Positions 24,705 through 37,875 are shown, counted from the first letter of the stretch. The stretch: DNA of 64,000 nucleotides from Octopus sinensis (GCF_006345805.1 NC_043024.1:10788001-10852000), one strand, 5' to 3'. A program made the numbers and translations. Notes: a model not told the origin generated them from the letters alone.

Positions 24705-25019
24705 TCCCTTATTTACATTTGACAGATATTTGCCCTCATCTTGTTTGTTGTCAACACAACAGTTCGGCTGGTATACCCTCCAGCCTTCATCAGGTGTCTT
24801 GGGGAAATTTCAGACCTGGGTTCTCATTCCTAAGGTATTTTTCGATGTTGCTGTTGTTGTTGTTGTTGATGTCGTTGTTCAGGTCACTCGATGGAATTGA
24901 ACTCGGACTCTTGGGGTTAGTAGCCCACACTCTTAACCCCAAGATTCCGAGTTCAATTCCAAGCAGTGACCTGAACAATAATAATAATAATAATAATGAT
25001 AATAACAACATCGAAAAAT
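24705..25019 (-). mobile_element. tRNA-headed element with hammerhead-like 3' part, head duplicated as an inverted repeat
   Basis: Minus strand: GGTTAAGAGTGTGGG-CTACTAA-CCCCAAGAGTCCGAGTTCAATTCC (tRNA-like), (AAC)n, then GACAC-CTGATGA-A-GGCTGG AGGGTATA CCAGCC-GAACTG-TT-GTGTT; inverted arms 24837-24920 and 24933-25019. Confidence 0.62.
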
Positions 25020-25044
25020 GCATGCATACAGGTACACACACACA

Positions 25045-25075
<31 letters not shown>

Positions 25076-26044
25076 GTAGCAGAAAAGGCATTTTAACTCC
25101 TATTTCTAAATTCGGTGCATGGTGAAGCAATTAGCTGACCCCTGATTATAATTATGTTTGTGATTATAGAATAATTGCATGTATATATCATCATCATCAT
25201 CATTTAGTGTCTGTTTTCCATGCTAGCATGGGTTGGACGGTTCAACTGAGGTCTGGGAGGCCAGAAGGCTGCACCAGGATCCAGTCTGATCTGGCAATGT
25301 TTCTACGGCTGGATGCCCTTCCTGACGCCAACCCCTCCGTGAGTGTAGTGGGTGCTTTTTTGGCTGTATTGTATATTTGTTTTTGTTTCTGGTTGTTTTT
25401 TTTTGCCTCTAGTATTTATTATTGATCCTCAATAATAATGAAGCTGTATCCATTAGTTTGCTGCTTTTGTATACTAAGAAGAAACTTTGTGGAACAGACG
25501 CTATTTTAATGAGATACATCTTGTTGTCTGAGGAGACACACCTACATCGATGGATGCACCTAAACCAGGTGTTCAGTGTCCCACACTCAAGGGATCAATG
25601 CTAAATGGCTCGAAACAATTGCAGTGATCAATAAACAATCTCATATCTTCCGTCTCTCTTGTTAAACATAAATATTTATAGAGTGGCTGTGTGGTAAGAA
25701 GCTTGCTTGTTACCCCATTGTTTTAGGTTCAGTCCCACTGCATGGCACCTTGGGCAGGTGTCTTCTCTTTGCCTCAGGTCGATGAAAGCCTTGTGAGTGG
25801 ATTTGGTAGACGGGAATTGAAAGAAGCCCATCGTATGTGTGTATGTGTGTGTGTGCCTCCACCATTGCTTGACAACCGATGTTGGTGTGTTTACTCCCCT
25901 GTAACTTAGTGGCTCGGCAAAGGAGACAGACAGAATAAGTACTAGGCTTACAAAGAATAAGTCCTGAGTCGATTTGTTCAACTAAAGGCAATGCTCCAGC
26001 ATGGCCAGAGTCAAATGACTGAAATAAATAAGAGAAAAAAAAAT

Positions 26045-26075
<31 letters not shown>

Positions 26076-26289
26076 TTATACACACACACACGATGGACTT
26101 CTTTCAGTTTCCGTCTACCAAATCCACTCACAAGGCTTTGGTAGACGCCATGTTGTAGGACTGAACCCGGAACCATTTGATTGCAAAGTAAACTTGTTAC
26201 CATTACCACACAGCACCAATATTCGCCTGCTATACTTCCTAACATAATTTTGCTTTGCCAAAGCGGAATTATAATGCACACACACTCAG

Positions 26290-27210
26290 TGGCAGCGAGC
26301 TGGCAGAATCGTTAGCACGTCGGGCGAAATACTTAGTAGTATTTCCTCTGCCATTACGTTCTGAGTTCAAATTCTGCCGAGGTCGACTTTGCCTTTCATC
26401 TTTTCGGGGTCGATAAATTAAATACTAGTTACGCACTGGGGTCGATGTAATCGACTTAATCCGTTTGTCTCCTCTGTGTTTAGCCCCTTGTGGGTAGTAA
26501 AGAAATAGGTATTTCGCCTGCCGCTACGTTCTGAGTTCAAATTCCGCCAAGGTCGACTTTGCCTTTCATCCTTTCGGGGTCGATTAAGTAAGTACCAGTT
26601 ACGCACTGGGGTCGATGCAATCGACTTAATCCCTTTGTCTCTCCTTGTTTGTCCTCTCTATGTTTAGCCCCATGTGGCTAGTAAAGAAATAGGAATTTCG
26701 CCCGTCGCTACGTTCTGAGTTCAAATTCCGCTGAGGTCGACTTTGCCTTTCATCCTTTCGGGGTCGATTAAATAAGTACCAGTTACACACTGTGGTCACT
26801 ATAATCGACTTAATCCGTTTGTATGTCCTTGTTTGTCCCCTCTATGTTTAGCCCCTTGTGGGTAGTAAAGAAATAAGTATTTCGTCTGCCGTTACGTTCT
26901 GAGTTCAAATTCCGCCAAATTCTACTTTGCCTTTCATCCTTTCGGGGTCGATGTAATCAACTTAATCCGTTTGTCTGTCCTTGTTTGTCCCCTCTATGTT
27001 TAGCCCCTTACGGGTAATAAAGAAATAGGTATTTCGTCTACCGTTACGTTCTGAGTTCAAATTCCGCAGAGGTCGACTTTGCCTTTCATCCTTTCGGGGT
27101 CGATAAATTAAGTACCAGTTACGCACTGAGGTCGATATAATCGACTTAATACCTATATATGTCCTTGTTTGTCTCCTCTATGTTTAGCCCCTTGTGGACA
27201 GTAAAGAAAT
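26290..27210 (+). mobile_element. SINE family A tandem array (about 5 units)
   Basis: Same unit and restart point as 3073-3812. Other family A copies near 10690-10927(-), 12060-12275(-), 41735-41932(-), 44615-44820(-), 54480-54915(-), 56483-56715(+). Confidence 0.85.
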
Positions 27211-27853
27211 ATATAATGCACACACACACACACACACACGCATGCCTGTAATGTTGAGAGGGCAGTGAAGATATTATGTCAGTGAAAACCAACAATGAAG
27301 CAAGACAAAGTTATCTCCCTTCTGCACAGAGCTTATTCAATGGACAAACTCCGTCCTGTGCTGTTCCGACTCTGCAGTTCTTTCTGTGTGCTGCGCTGCT
27401 TAAATATAATCGGCCAGGCTCCTGTTTCCAGTCCATCCTCTGATGTTCTCAGTCACCAGACGTCTGTGATAACCTCTTGCTGTTTGTCCCTGTCAGAATG
27501 GTTTGGGGAAGGGACTTGTAAGCACATCCTCTTTATGTCCGATATACCGTGGCTGTGGGGACTTGATTCTCGTCTGTGGAGGTCTTTTGGATTGTCGACT
27601 TTTCCAGTTCTTTTGCTTCGTCTGTTACTTGGCTTTCACAGCTTATATAAAACACACACACACACACACATGCACACAGACAGAAAGAAATGGAGAGAGA
27701 GAGAGAGTGAAAGAAAGGTAGATAAATAGATATATACAGAGAGAGAAAGAAAGATAGATAGAGAGAGAGAGAGAGAGAGGGGAGAGAAACGAAGAAAAAG
27801 GTAGATAGATGGATAGAGAGAGAGAGAAACGAAGAAAGAAAGGTAGATAGATG

Positions 27854-27891
<38 letters not shown>

Positions 27892-27918
27892 CAGATAGAT
27901 AGATAGATAGATAGATAG

Positions 27919-27949
<31 letters not shown>

Positions 27950-29908
27950 CAGATAGATAGATTGAGATAGATAGATAGATAGATAGATGGATGGATGGAT
28001 GGATGGATACATATATACATAGGTATGTATGTACATTATAGGCATAGGAGCGGCTGTGTGGTAACTTGCTTACCAACGACATGGTTTCGGGTTCAGTCCC
28101 ATTGCGTGGAACCTTGGGCAAATGCCTCAGGCCAATCAAAGCCTTGTGAGTGGATTTGGTAGATGGAAACTAAAAGAAGCCCGTCGTATATGTGTGTGTG
28201 TTTGTCCCACCATCACCATCGCTTGACAACCGACATTGGTGTGTTTACGTCCCCGTAACTTAGCGGTTCGGAAAAATAGACAGATAGAATAAGTTCTAGG
28301 CTTACAAAGAATGAGTCCTGGGGTCGATGTGTTCGACTAACGGTAGTGCTCCAGCATGGCCGCAGTCAAAATGAGTGTAACAAAAGCACACACACACACA
28401 CAGACAGCGTGTGAAATCAACCTCAGTATAAAGTTAAAAACAAGTTATCTCCCTTGGACTACAAAAATGTTCTAGCCAAATAACACATGGTCTCACCTGG
28501 CCGAATATATCTCAGTACTGGACAGTAAAGTCTCAGAGATGCAGCACGGAATTTTGTCAGTGAACAGGTCATCGTGGTCTTGAAAGCGACGAAAATATTT
28601 TGACAAATTAAATTTAAATGTTGAAGTGAATAGGCGCAGGAGTGGCTGTGTGATAAGTAGCTTGCTTACCAACCACATGGTTCCAGGTTCAGTCCCACTG
28701 CGTGGCATCTTGGGCAAGTGTCTTCTGCTATAGGCCCGGGCCGACCAATGCCTTGTGAGTGGATTTGGTAGATGGAAACTGAAAGAAGCCCGTCGTATAT
28801 ATGTATATATATATGTGTGTGTGTGTGTGTTTGTGTGTCTGTGTTTGTCCCTCTAGCATTGCTTGACAACCGATGCTGGTGTGTTTACGTCCCCGTCACT
28901 TAGCGGTTCGGCAAAAGAGACCGATAGAATAAGTACTGGGCTTACAAAGAATAAGTCCCGGGGGTCGATTTGATCGACTAAAGGTGGTGCTGCAGCATGG
29001 CCGCAGTCAAATGACTGAAACAAGTAAAAGAGAATCTAACGGTTTTTGTGTGTTTCTTAAATGGCACCTGAGCACTGTATACAATAATTTCATTATCATT
29101 ATTATTATTATTTTAAAAACCTTCCACGCTGCAATTGTTTTCGTACCAGTACACGATCTCCAGTACTTCTGGTTATGAGGATTGTTCTGAAAGTGAATTT
29201 AGCTGCTATTTCTAGCAACATGAGTGACCACATAGAGGTTCTCGATGGTTAACAATGACAATAATGAAAATTAGTAAAAAAAATGTTTTTTTCCAAAAAA
29301 TAACACTGAAGACAATTTAAATGTTCTGGGTTTTTTATTATTATTATTATTTCAAAGTACAAGAAAAGTATCAACATTCAACTTAGGATAATTATTTACA
29401 AATTATTTACACAAATTAAATTAAATACAGACACATACACAACTTCACTGATATAAAATGTTCTTTTTTGATATTTACCATGATGATGATGGTGGTGGTG
29501 ATGATGATAATGTCTTTACTTGTTTCAGTCATTTGACTGTGGCCATGCTGGAGCACCGCCTTTAGTCGAGCAAATCGACCCTGGGACTTATTCTTTGGAA
29601 GCCTAGAACTTATTCTATCGGTCTCTTTTTACCGAACCGCTAAGTTACGGTGACGTAAACAAACCAACATCGGTTGTCAAGCGATGTTGGGGGGACAAAC
29701 ACAGACACACAAACATATACACACACATACATATATATATATATACATATATACAACAGGCTTCCTTCAGTTTCCATCTACCAAATCTTCTCACAAGGTT
29801 TTGGTCGGCACTTTGGAGACACTTTGCCCAAGGTGCCACGCAGTGGGAAAGAACCCAGAACCATGTGGTTGGTAAGCAAGCTACTTACCACACAGCCACT
29901 CCTGCACC

Positions 29909-29940
<32 letters not shown>

Positions 29941-31689
29941 CATATATACGACGGGCTTCTTTCAGTTTCCGTCTACCAAATCCACTCACAAGGCTTTGGT
30001 CGGCCCGAGGCTATAGCAGAAGACATTGCCCAAGGTGTCACGCAGTGGGAATGAACCCGGAACCATGTGGTTGGTAAGCAAGCTACTTACCACACAGCCA
30101 CTCCTGTGCCTATGATGCTGATGAGAAATTTTAGTAAAAAGCTGCACCAAATCATCTCATTCTGCACAAGCCCACATCACCAGCTAAAAATCATCATCAT
30201 CATCATCATCATCATTATATGTACATATTTTTGTGTCATAATTTTTCTTTTTAACCCAAAAAAAAAAAAAAAAAAGATGAAGGACATTCAACACGAAATA
30301 ATTACTTGTAAAACATAAAACAATCAATTATAAATACAGGAAAGTTAATTAAATATGATTATTACTGATGCAATTTTACACAAACATACATACAGTCACG
30401 AACACATATAAACATACATATATTTACACACACACACACACACATGCAGAAATAATTTCATTTACATACACACAAATGTGTGTACGCAAACATTTGTTCA
30501 CACACATACACACACGCACACAGATTTTGTTCGTTAACAAAGGTTAATGCCTTCCATTTGAGCTTATCGCCCCCATGAGGCTTAATGGTTTATCCAAATT
30601 TCTGAAGCTGTAAGGCGACTAAGACTAGCTGACAATTCCCCTGGATGGGAAGCTAGTCCACCACAGGGTAACTCCCTGATCCACCAGGCACTCAGTTTCA
30701 GCTAACATGAAATGAAGAGTTTGCTCAAGGATACAATCAACTGCCCGTTTCAAGAATGAAATTCCCAAACTGATGTTCTTTCACTGCAATCAAAGGTGCT
30801 AAGGTTTAAAGCAACTCAGACAGTTTGAAGAATCTTCTGGAAGTCTTTGAATATTCAAGAATGTTAGGACTCGGTAACTGGGAATAACATTGTTTTTTAA
30901 ATATAGCTTCACTTCTTTTTTTTTTTTTTGTTAAAGGCCGAAGAAAAGAACAAAAACAAAAATCCAATTGGAGTGTTTAGAATCACAGATGTTGAGTCTT
31001 TTTTTAAACTCCGAGTCTTTCTGAGAGTCAAGAGTCTCATGAAGAAACAAAAGTCAACTATAAAATACAAGAGTCATCTGTTGTGCACTGAAATATTTCA
31101 TCACCATTTGAAAGGGTAACTTTTAAACCATCATCATCATCATCGTCATCATCCTTTGGATATTGTTGTCACAAGTCCCGGGACTCATGGGGCTGGTCAC
31201 CCAGTTTACACTGCATATAAATAATCGGGATCAGAGCATTCTGACCTGAAGTGGACACCAGTCCGAGGCAGGGTTATCCATTTATGGCTGAGTGGACTGG
31301 AGCAATGTGAAATGAAGGGTTTTTTGCTCAAGAACACAACATACCATCCAATCCGGGAATTGAAACCACAATCTCACAATTCTGACTACAAAACTGTAAC
31401 CACTAAGCCATGTACCTTCACTGTCTTGTAAATGGTACCTTGAAAACAGCTGTGTAATTAAGATTTTGTTCAAAGATTGAGATTTACTTTTCAATTTTCT
31501 TTTCTTTAATTAGCCACAAAATAATTTTAAAAATAATAAATAAATATTTTATAACACTGTTCATGTCTCATCCATAATATTGTTATATATTTTGCAACAA
31601 AGCTAAATAAATCACAGCCATTCTCAAAATACTCTTCACAAAGTTATTTTCAGTTGCAGATTTTCTTCAATTACCACATGTGAAAGCTC

Positions 31690-32147
31690 ATAAGATGCAC
31701 TTCTTTCCAAAAAAATGTCTCCTAAGATCACCCAGGGTCTTTTTCCGAACAGGTGCACCAAATAAACCTGGGTCATTAAAATCCATCAAATACAGTATTT
31801 GTGGGAGAGACAAGATGCCGGGTGGTGAGGCTGTAAGATTTAAGAAGGAACACTTCTTTCCAAAAAAAGGTCTCCTAAAATCCCCCAGGGTTTTTTTCCG
31901 AACAGGTGCACCAAATAAACCTGGGTCATTAAAATCCATCAAATACAGTATTTGTGGGAGAGACAAGATGCCGGGCGGTGAGGTTGTAAGATTTAAGAAG
32001 GAACACTTCTTTCCAAAAAAATGTCTCCTAAAATCCCCCAGGGCCTTTTTCTTATTAGGTGCACCAAATAAACCTGTGTCATTAAATCCATCAAATACTT
32101 GTGGGAGAGACAAGATGTAGGGCGGTGAGGTTGTAAGATTTAAGAAA
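31690..32147. repeat. 153-bp tandem repeat, three copies, starting at the BLM stop codon
   Basis: gtgggagagacaagatg at 31801, 31954 and 32101 (periods 153 and 147); the unit contains ...TCTTAAATCTTACAACC, which includes the BLM TAA. Confidence 0.93.
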
Positions 32148-35100
32148 AAAACGAACTTTTCAATTTTGGTACTGGCATATAACCAAGTTTACTCGAACTT
32201 GCTGATTTTGAACCTTTGTTTTGTGAATACTGAAATTTCTTTAAAGAATTCTTGGCTGTACTGGTAGCAGCTTTGAATGCTGTGCTTCGTTTTACGGGTG
32301 ACGACGACGCTGAAGATCTCTTTGTAGTTTTTCTCTTCCTCTTTCTCTTGTAGGTGCCCTTTCGACGAAATGGTTGCTTTCTCTTGATGCTGTTGGCCGA
32401 GAAAGTATTTGAAGAATTTGAAGCGAAATACGGGGACTCCCACCCTTCGCTGAAATCCTCCGACGGCACCGAGGAACTGTAGGTGTTGAGATTGGAGTAA
32501 AGCATGCAGTACTTGTTGGTAATCTCAAGGAAGCGCTCAGCGTTGTACTTGGCAATCTTCTGCTTGGTGAGTCCGTCTATCTTTTCCTGCATCTCATCGA
32601 TGGTCAGCGGGACTTCCGTAGCCATGGAGAGCAGCATCGGATTGGGAAACACAGACGCGTAGTTGTGAATGTGTCTCTCCTGAGCAATTTGCTTGGCCAA
32701 CTCCAGCAACTCTTGGTAGCAATCGTCCAAAAGCTTCTTCTTGTCTGTGACAACCTCGGTGTCGACATCAGTGATGACAGCCTTCTTTCCGCTATGAACA
32801 GGTAGGTTTATTTTCAACTTGTTCGTCATCACCTCGTTAGCCCGTGCTCCAAGTTTGACGTAACACACAGTGTGGTCCATCGCCGTCACCGTCAGTTCTT
32901 CTTTGAGGACCGTGTCAATGACTAGTTTACGTAGTAACCTGGTGGCATCCTGTGACAAGTAGCTTTGGCCCCTTCCATGTAAGGAATGTTTATCATGACC
33001 CAGACTCAAGACACCCTTATTACGAGAACCTCGGAACACCTCTGTCAGGTGAATAAGAGTACAATTGAAATTACGGTCATGGCACATGTCTTTGACAAAC
33101 CGGATGATCCCTTTCACGTCCTCAGTGACATCACGAACATGGAAAGTGGTTTTCGATGAACAGTTATCACAAATAGCCCCAGGAAATTCGTTACATATCT
33201 CAGTGTTGAAATTATATTCACCAAAATACTGCAGCAACTGACTTCTCCGACAATCCGCCCGGTTCTCACAATAGCGCACCATTTGGTAGAGGTTGTCTAT
33301 GTGGACTCTCTTGGATTCGTAGGTACAGTTCCTGTCCAGGTCGATCATCCGACGCAATCGTTTCACGTCCTGGTAATTGTAGAAGAGCGTGCAAGACGCC
33401 AGAAGGCCATCGCGCCCTGCTCGCCCAGATTCTTGATAATATCCTTCGACAGACTTCGGCATTGAGAAATGAATGACAAAACGCACATCGGGTTTGTCTA
33501 TACCCATTCCAAATGCAATGGTGGCACAGATGACTTTCCAAATATCATTTAACCATCCTTCCTGAGTCTGAGCCCTCTGGTTGTCCGAAAGACCAGCATG
33601 GTAAGCGATGGCCTTTATTCCCTTCCTGCTCAGGCTCTTCGCTGCCTCATCACATTCTTTGCGAGACAAGCAGTACACAATGCCACTCTGGTTTCTAAAC
33701 TTGGATTTAATTAATTCAGCAATTTCGTCAGTAGTGGATTTGGGTTTCTTCTCCGCTAGACTAAACTTCAAATTCGGTCGGTTGAAGCTTTTCACAAACC
33801 ACTTCGGAGACTTCATGTGGAGTTGGTGTATAATATCTTTTCGGACACGGAGAGTGGCTGTGGCTGTCAGAGCCATCATGGGAACATGAGGAAATTTGTC
33901 TCTGAGCAAATACAAGCGTTTGTAATCGGGTCGAAAATCATGGCCCCACTGGCTGACGCAATGTGCTTCGTCAACGACGAATCGACTGAGTAAGCCGCGA
34001 GAATTAAGGTTTTCAAACAAATTCGTTAACTTGGTACTGCTGGAGATTTTCTCTGGGGTGACATATACAAGTTTCAGAGCCGGTTCTTTCATGGACAGCT
34101 GCATATACACAGAATCGGAGTCCTTCAAGCTTACATCACCAGCTAACGATGCAGCCGGGATGTCTAACGACAAAAGCCGTTCCACCTGATCCATTATTAG
34201 GGCTCGCAAAGGCGATATTACAATGCTAACTCCGTTACTAATCAGTGCTGGTAGCTGATAACAAAGACTCTTACCGCCACCTGTTGGCATTAAAATGAAA
34301 CAATCGTGATTTAGTAAGGACGCATTGATGGCTTGCAACTGACAACCTCGGAATTTCTTTAAGCCAAACACTTGTCTAAACATCGTCAACATGTCGTCAC
34401 TGTGTGGAAAATGGAAACCATCGAATTCTGACGACGTGCCGCAAGTTTCTTCATCGTCAGATGCAGATCTCATGGGTTCGCTTTGGGAGAGGGCTGATTT
34501 AAAAACAGGGCTCGGAGGGGGGCTCTTTTTAAGAATATCGCTGAGTTTTTGGTTCTCCCTGTTGCGAATTGGAGATAACTTTCCCAAACTAGTGATTCCG
34601 TCGTTGTCAAAGTTTGATGCTTCTGGTAAATCGTTGAAGGAAGAAAATTTCTCGGAACTTGATCTACTCTGAAACGAGTTTTCAACAGCTGGAACGGAAG
34701 GGTTGTCAGGGTTACTTTTGGAGCTGCTCTCTGAGAGTTTGTAACCAAACTGGAAACTGGATCCTTCATCAACAGATGCTATAAGATCATCAGCATCAGC
34801 ATCCGAGAACCCATCTTCATGACTAAAAGAATCATCATTAATGCTGATATCGTTGTTATTATTATTATTATTGAGAACATCATGAGACTCGTTAAATTTC
34901 GACACAGAAGGAGACGAGGAAGCAGAGTTCTTCCTGTTTCTGTCAAGCAAATTTGGCACAGGAGTAGAATGGCTGGGATCTTCATCAAAGAAACTATCCC
35001 CGCACGGAATATGAGAATTGATCACCTTTGGTTTCGAAGGCGCAGGCAATGGTGGGCTTACCTTGGAAGTCATGAGACGCTTCACAAGAGATGCTTTAAT

Positions 35101-36585
35101 TGATGGTGTAGTCTTGTCAACATCCGTCTCGTTCTTATTTTTCTTTGGAGAAGGCGTTTTGGCCGGCTTGGTCTTGTCTTTGAGTAGTTTCCGCGCGAGA
35201 AGCAGATGCTGCAAGCGCTTGTAATCTTTGACAGCAACATTGATGAGATCAGCCGAAGGGATTTTACTGATAATATCGCAAACTTCGTCCATGGTCATGA
35301 ACAATAGGATCCTGAGTTTGTTGACGTCTTCTTTGGTCAACAATTCCTTCTGCATCAACGGGTTTGTTGTGACGTCATCAAGTTGGGGTTTAAGGTTCAA
35401 TGACTGTGAAGAGGAAGGAGTTGGTTCACCGGCAGCAGAGGAACGAGGGGTTTTCTTCATTCGAGAGGCCAATGGTGTTTTCACAGGGGAATCAAAACTA
35501 GATATTTTTGGGTCTCCTCCGCCACCATCAACCTCATTATCATCATCACTCGATACAACACGGTTCTTTCGCCGCTTCCTAGGATTGCAAACGGTTCCAG
35601 TTTCGTCGTCGTCGGCATCACTGTCAGGGACAGTGATGCCGGTGCTGCTTTTTGTCTTTGGGGTCTCAGGTTTCTTTGAGGCCGAGAATTTAAAAGTGTT
35701 AGGTTTTGCAGGAGCTGAAATGGTGGAAGACGGTTTTGAAGTAGTGTTCGGTGGAAGCGAGGGTACATGAAGGGGTGCCTTCTTTCTATTGATAACAGGC
35801 GAAACTGAAAAACTTTCGTCAAAATCATCATCATCCTCACTTTTATCATAGTGAGGGTCAGGAAGAACCAGGCTGCTCCGAGGACCAAAACCCAATGTCG
35901 ATTTTGGTTTCGTGTTGGTTTTGCTGTTCTCGTCGCTACCCAGCTTCCGTTTGGTTGATGGAGTCGGGTGCGCGCCCTGCGACGAAGAGATCGGTCGAGC
36001 GGGGACGGCCTGAATCGGTTTCGGTTTGGTCAGAGGCAAATTGGACAAGAAACTGCCCATTGTTTTTTGAACAGGCTTCGGTTCTTTCGACAGGGACGAC
36101 GACCCAACATTAGCAGCAGAAGTGACGGTGGAAGAACCGACATCAGAAGAAAACGAAGGGCAAGATGTTTTGCTCTCCAAAGACAAAGGTCTCTTAATCG
36201 CCATCGATTTATCGACCACACTGCTGCTTGTGGTCGCTGGGGCTGTTGACGAGCGATTGGGCTTCGATAGTAAATTAATAATCGAAGAAGCTGAACGAAT
36301 CGAAGCATTTGTTGTGATGGAAGCTGAGAATGGATTTTGGGTTTTATCGCAAACATTGCTCCCCTTAAATCTATCCAAAGAATTGGGAAATTGGTTACTT
36401 ACGGCGTTATTTGGCGCAGTATTGGTGGTAGAAGCAGGGGTAGTAATGTCTGTAGCATTGGTAGACGGGTCGCGAGAAGGAAGGTTTAGCAGACTCGAGG
36501 GTGTGGACGATGGTTTCTGTAAGCTCGAAGTCCGTTTGAACTTGAAACCGCTTTTGTGGACGTATTTCGAATTGTTTTCGTCCAT
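32140..36585 (-). CDS. BLM: Bloom syndrome RecQ helicase, complete 1481-aa single-exon ORF
   Basis: Long S/P/K-rich N-terminus; BDHCT-like helix ([16 protein letters not shown]); Walker [13 protein letters not shown] (ATG at 34290); DEAH at 33961-33972; [10 protein letters not shown] motif VI; RQC zinc site ([12 protein letters not shown]...CDNC); HRDC; basic NLS ([19 protein letters not shown]); C-terminal FFS. Confidence 0.98.
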   Translation of the reverse strand: MDENNSKYVHKSGFKFKRTSSLQKPSSTPSSLLNLPSRDPSTNATDITTPASTTNTAPNNAVSNQFPNSLDRFKGSNVCDKTQNPFSASITTNASIRSASSIINLLSKPNRSSTAPATTSSSVVDKSMAIKRPLSLESKTSCPSFSSDVGSSTVTSAANVGSSSLSKEPKPVQKTMGSFLSNLPLTKPKPIQAVPARPISSSQGAHPTPSTKRKLGSDENSKTNTKPKSTLGFGPRSSLVLPDPHYDKSEDDDDFDESFSVSPVINRKKAPLHVPSLPPNTTSKPSSTISAPAKPNTFKFSASKKPETPKTKSSTGITVPDSDADDDETGTVCNPRKRRKNRVVSSDDDNEVDGGGGDPKISSFDSPVKTPLASRMKKTPRSSAAGEPTPSSSQSLNLKPQLDDVTTNPLMQKELLTKEDVNKLRILLFMTMDEVCDIISKIPSADLINVAVKDYKRLQHLLLARKLLKDKTKPAKTPSPKKNKNETDVDKTTPSIKASLVKRLMTSKVSPPLPAPSKPKVINSHIPCGDSFFDEDPSHSTPVPNLLDRNRKNSASSSPSVSKFNESHDVLNNNNNNNDISINDDSFSHEDGFSDADADDLIASVDEGSSFQFGYKLSESSSKSNPDNPSVPAVENSFQSRSSSEKFSSFNDLPEASNFDNDGITSLGKLSPIRNRENQKLSDILKKSPPPSPVFKSALSQSEPMRSASDDEETCGTSSEFDGFHFPHSDDMLTMFRQVFGLKKFRGCQLQAINASLLNHDCFILMPTGGGKSLCYQLPALISNGVSIVISPLRALIMDQVERLLSLDIPAASLAGDVSLKDSDSVYMQLSMKEPALKLVYVTPEKISSSTKLTNLFENLNSRGLLSRFVVDEAHCVSQWGHDFRPDYKRLYLLRDKFPHVPMMALTATATLRVRKDIIHQLHMKSPKWFVKSFNRPNLKFSLAEKKPKSTTDEIAELIKSKFRNQSGIVYCLSRKECDEAAKSLSRKGIKAIAYHAGLSDNQRAQTQEGWLNDIWKVICATIAFGMGIDKPDVRFVIHFSMPKSVEGYYQESGRAGRDGLLASCTLFYNYQDVKRLRRMIDLDRNCTYESKRVHIDNLYQMVRYCENRADCRRSQLLQYFGEYNFNTEICNEFPGAICDNCSSKTTFHVRDVTEDVKGIIRFVKDMCHDRNFNCTLIHLTEVFRGSRNKGVLSLGHDKHSLHGRGQSYLSQDATRLLRKLVIDTVLKEELTVTAMDHTVCYVKLGARANEVMTNKLKINLPVHSGKKAVITDVDTEVVTDKKKLLDDCYQELLELAKQIAQERHIHNYASVFPNPMLLSMATEVPLTIDEMQEKIDGLTKQKIAKYNAERFLEITNKYCMLYSNLNTYSSSVPSEDFSEGWESPYFASNSSNTFSANSIKRKQPFRRKGTYKRKRKRKTTKRSSASSSPVKRSTAFKAATSTAKNSLKKFQYSQNKGSKSASSSKLGYMPVPKLKSSFFS

Positions 36586-36740
36586 TTTCGTTATGTTTCT
36601 TTTTAAAGACGGAAAGGCTTTCAGAAAAAGCGAATCCAGCCGGATACAAACTGCCTCCTGTCCTCCGACATCGCTAAATAAATATTTTGTTTATGAATGA
36701 AACACCGAGACACGGTTCCCGCTTTCTTGTGTCCAACGAC

Positions 36741-36800
36741 AGCGGAAGTGGCGATTTCAAGGGAAGTAATCCAAGAGTTTTTGAGGATTACCTCCCTTCG
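36741..36800. promoter_or_regulatory. Putative BLM promoter: ETS-type CGGAAGT plus inverted pair of AAGGGARGTAATCC motifs
   Basis: CpG-rich stretch 150-215 bp upstream of the BLM ATG; agCGGAAGTg at 36741-36750; caagggaagtaatcc 36758-36772 and ggattacctcccttc 36785-36799 in inverted orientation. Confidence 0.6.
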
Positions 36801-36829
36801 CTTATTTCTCTACTTTTTGTTTAAAAAAA

Positions 36830-37570
36830 AAATCATCATTTAAATGTCTCTTTTTCCAGGCTTGCATGGATCGGACGGAGTGTTTTGAGGCAGATTTTCT
36901 ATGACCAGAAGTTCTTCTTATTGCCAGCCTTCACCTGCTTCCTAGCTGACATGGGTTGAACGGTTCAACTGGGGTCTGGAAAGCCAGGAAGCTGCACCAG
37001 ACCCCAATCTGATTTGGCAGTGTTTCTACAGCTGGATTCCATTCCTAACACTAACCACTCTGAGAGTGCAGTGGGTGCTTTTTATGTGCCACCGGCACAG
37101 GGGCCAGAGGAGCTGGCATCGGCGATTATCGAATGGTGCTTTTTACATGCCACCGGCACAGAAGCCAGTTGAAGCGGCACTGGCATCAACCACATACGGA
37201 TGGTGCTTTTTATGTGCCACCGGCACGGGCCAGACAAGATGACATCGGCCATGATAAGATGGTGCTTTTTACATGCCACCGGCACAGAAGCCAGTCGAAG
37301 AGGCACTGGCATCAACCACATACGGATGGTGCTTTTTATGTGCCACCGGCACGGGCCAGACAAGATGACATCGGCCATGATAAGATGGTGCTTTTTACAT
37401 GCCACCGGCACAGAAGCCAGTCGAAGAGGCACTGGCATCAACCACATACAGACGGTGCTTTTTATGTGCCACCGGCATGGACGCCAGTCAAAGCGGCACT
37501 GGCATCGACTACATTTGGATGGTGCTTTTTACGTGCTACTGGTACAGGGCTCACAACTACAATTTCCATT
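36830..37570 (-). mobile_element. SINE family D (RTE-type 3' end, (GAT)n tail) with internal 126-bp tandem repeat
   Basis: acatgccaccggcacag at 37145, 37271 and 37397. Family copies near 20420-20745(+), 25190-25360(-), 39790-40000(-), 50810-51050(-), 51940-52800, 53370-53840, 55290-55980, 58800-59030(+), 60090-60340(-). Confidence 0.8.
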
Positions 37571-37875
37571 TGATTTGATTTTGATATTGGTTAAATAAAA
37601 AAAAACATTAAAATATCTCTGGACATAAGAATGCCTGTGTAATTTCCAGATGGAGTTGCAAAGTTCAAAGTGAGGTCAGATATGGGTGCATGAGCTTTTG
37701 CAGCGCATCACTGCATCTGTCATTTGCTGTTATTCGTTCAGCTCGTCCCAGGCAACTGCCATTTGTGCAAGATATTCCTTCATCTGCTGTGACTATGTCA
37801 TGTAGCAAACCTTTGGATCAAAAAAGTCAAAGGCTAACTTGGCTTCATCAATGTTCTATGAATGAAATTTAGTAG

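Noticed and set aside
27295-27729. 144-aa plus-strand ORF
   Set aside because: No recognisable motif, ends in a microsatellite; splice signals favour the opposite strand if anything.
32189-36700. Many overlapping and antisense ORFs inside BLM
   Set aside because: Shadow ORFs of a GC-richer coding sequence.
37640-37870. Possible mariner remnant (LLHDIVTADE) or EF-hand-like exon (NIDEAKLAFDFFDPK) on the minus strand
   Set aside because: Each rests on 10-15 residues in different frames; cannot be supported without a search.
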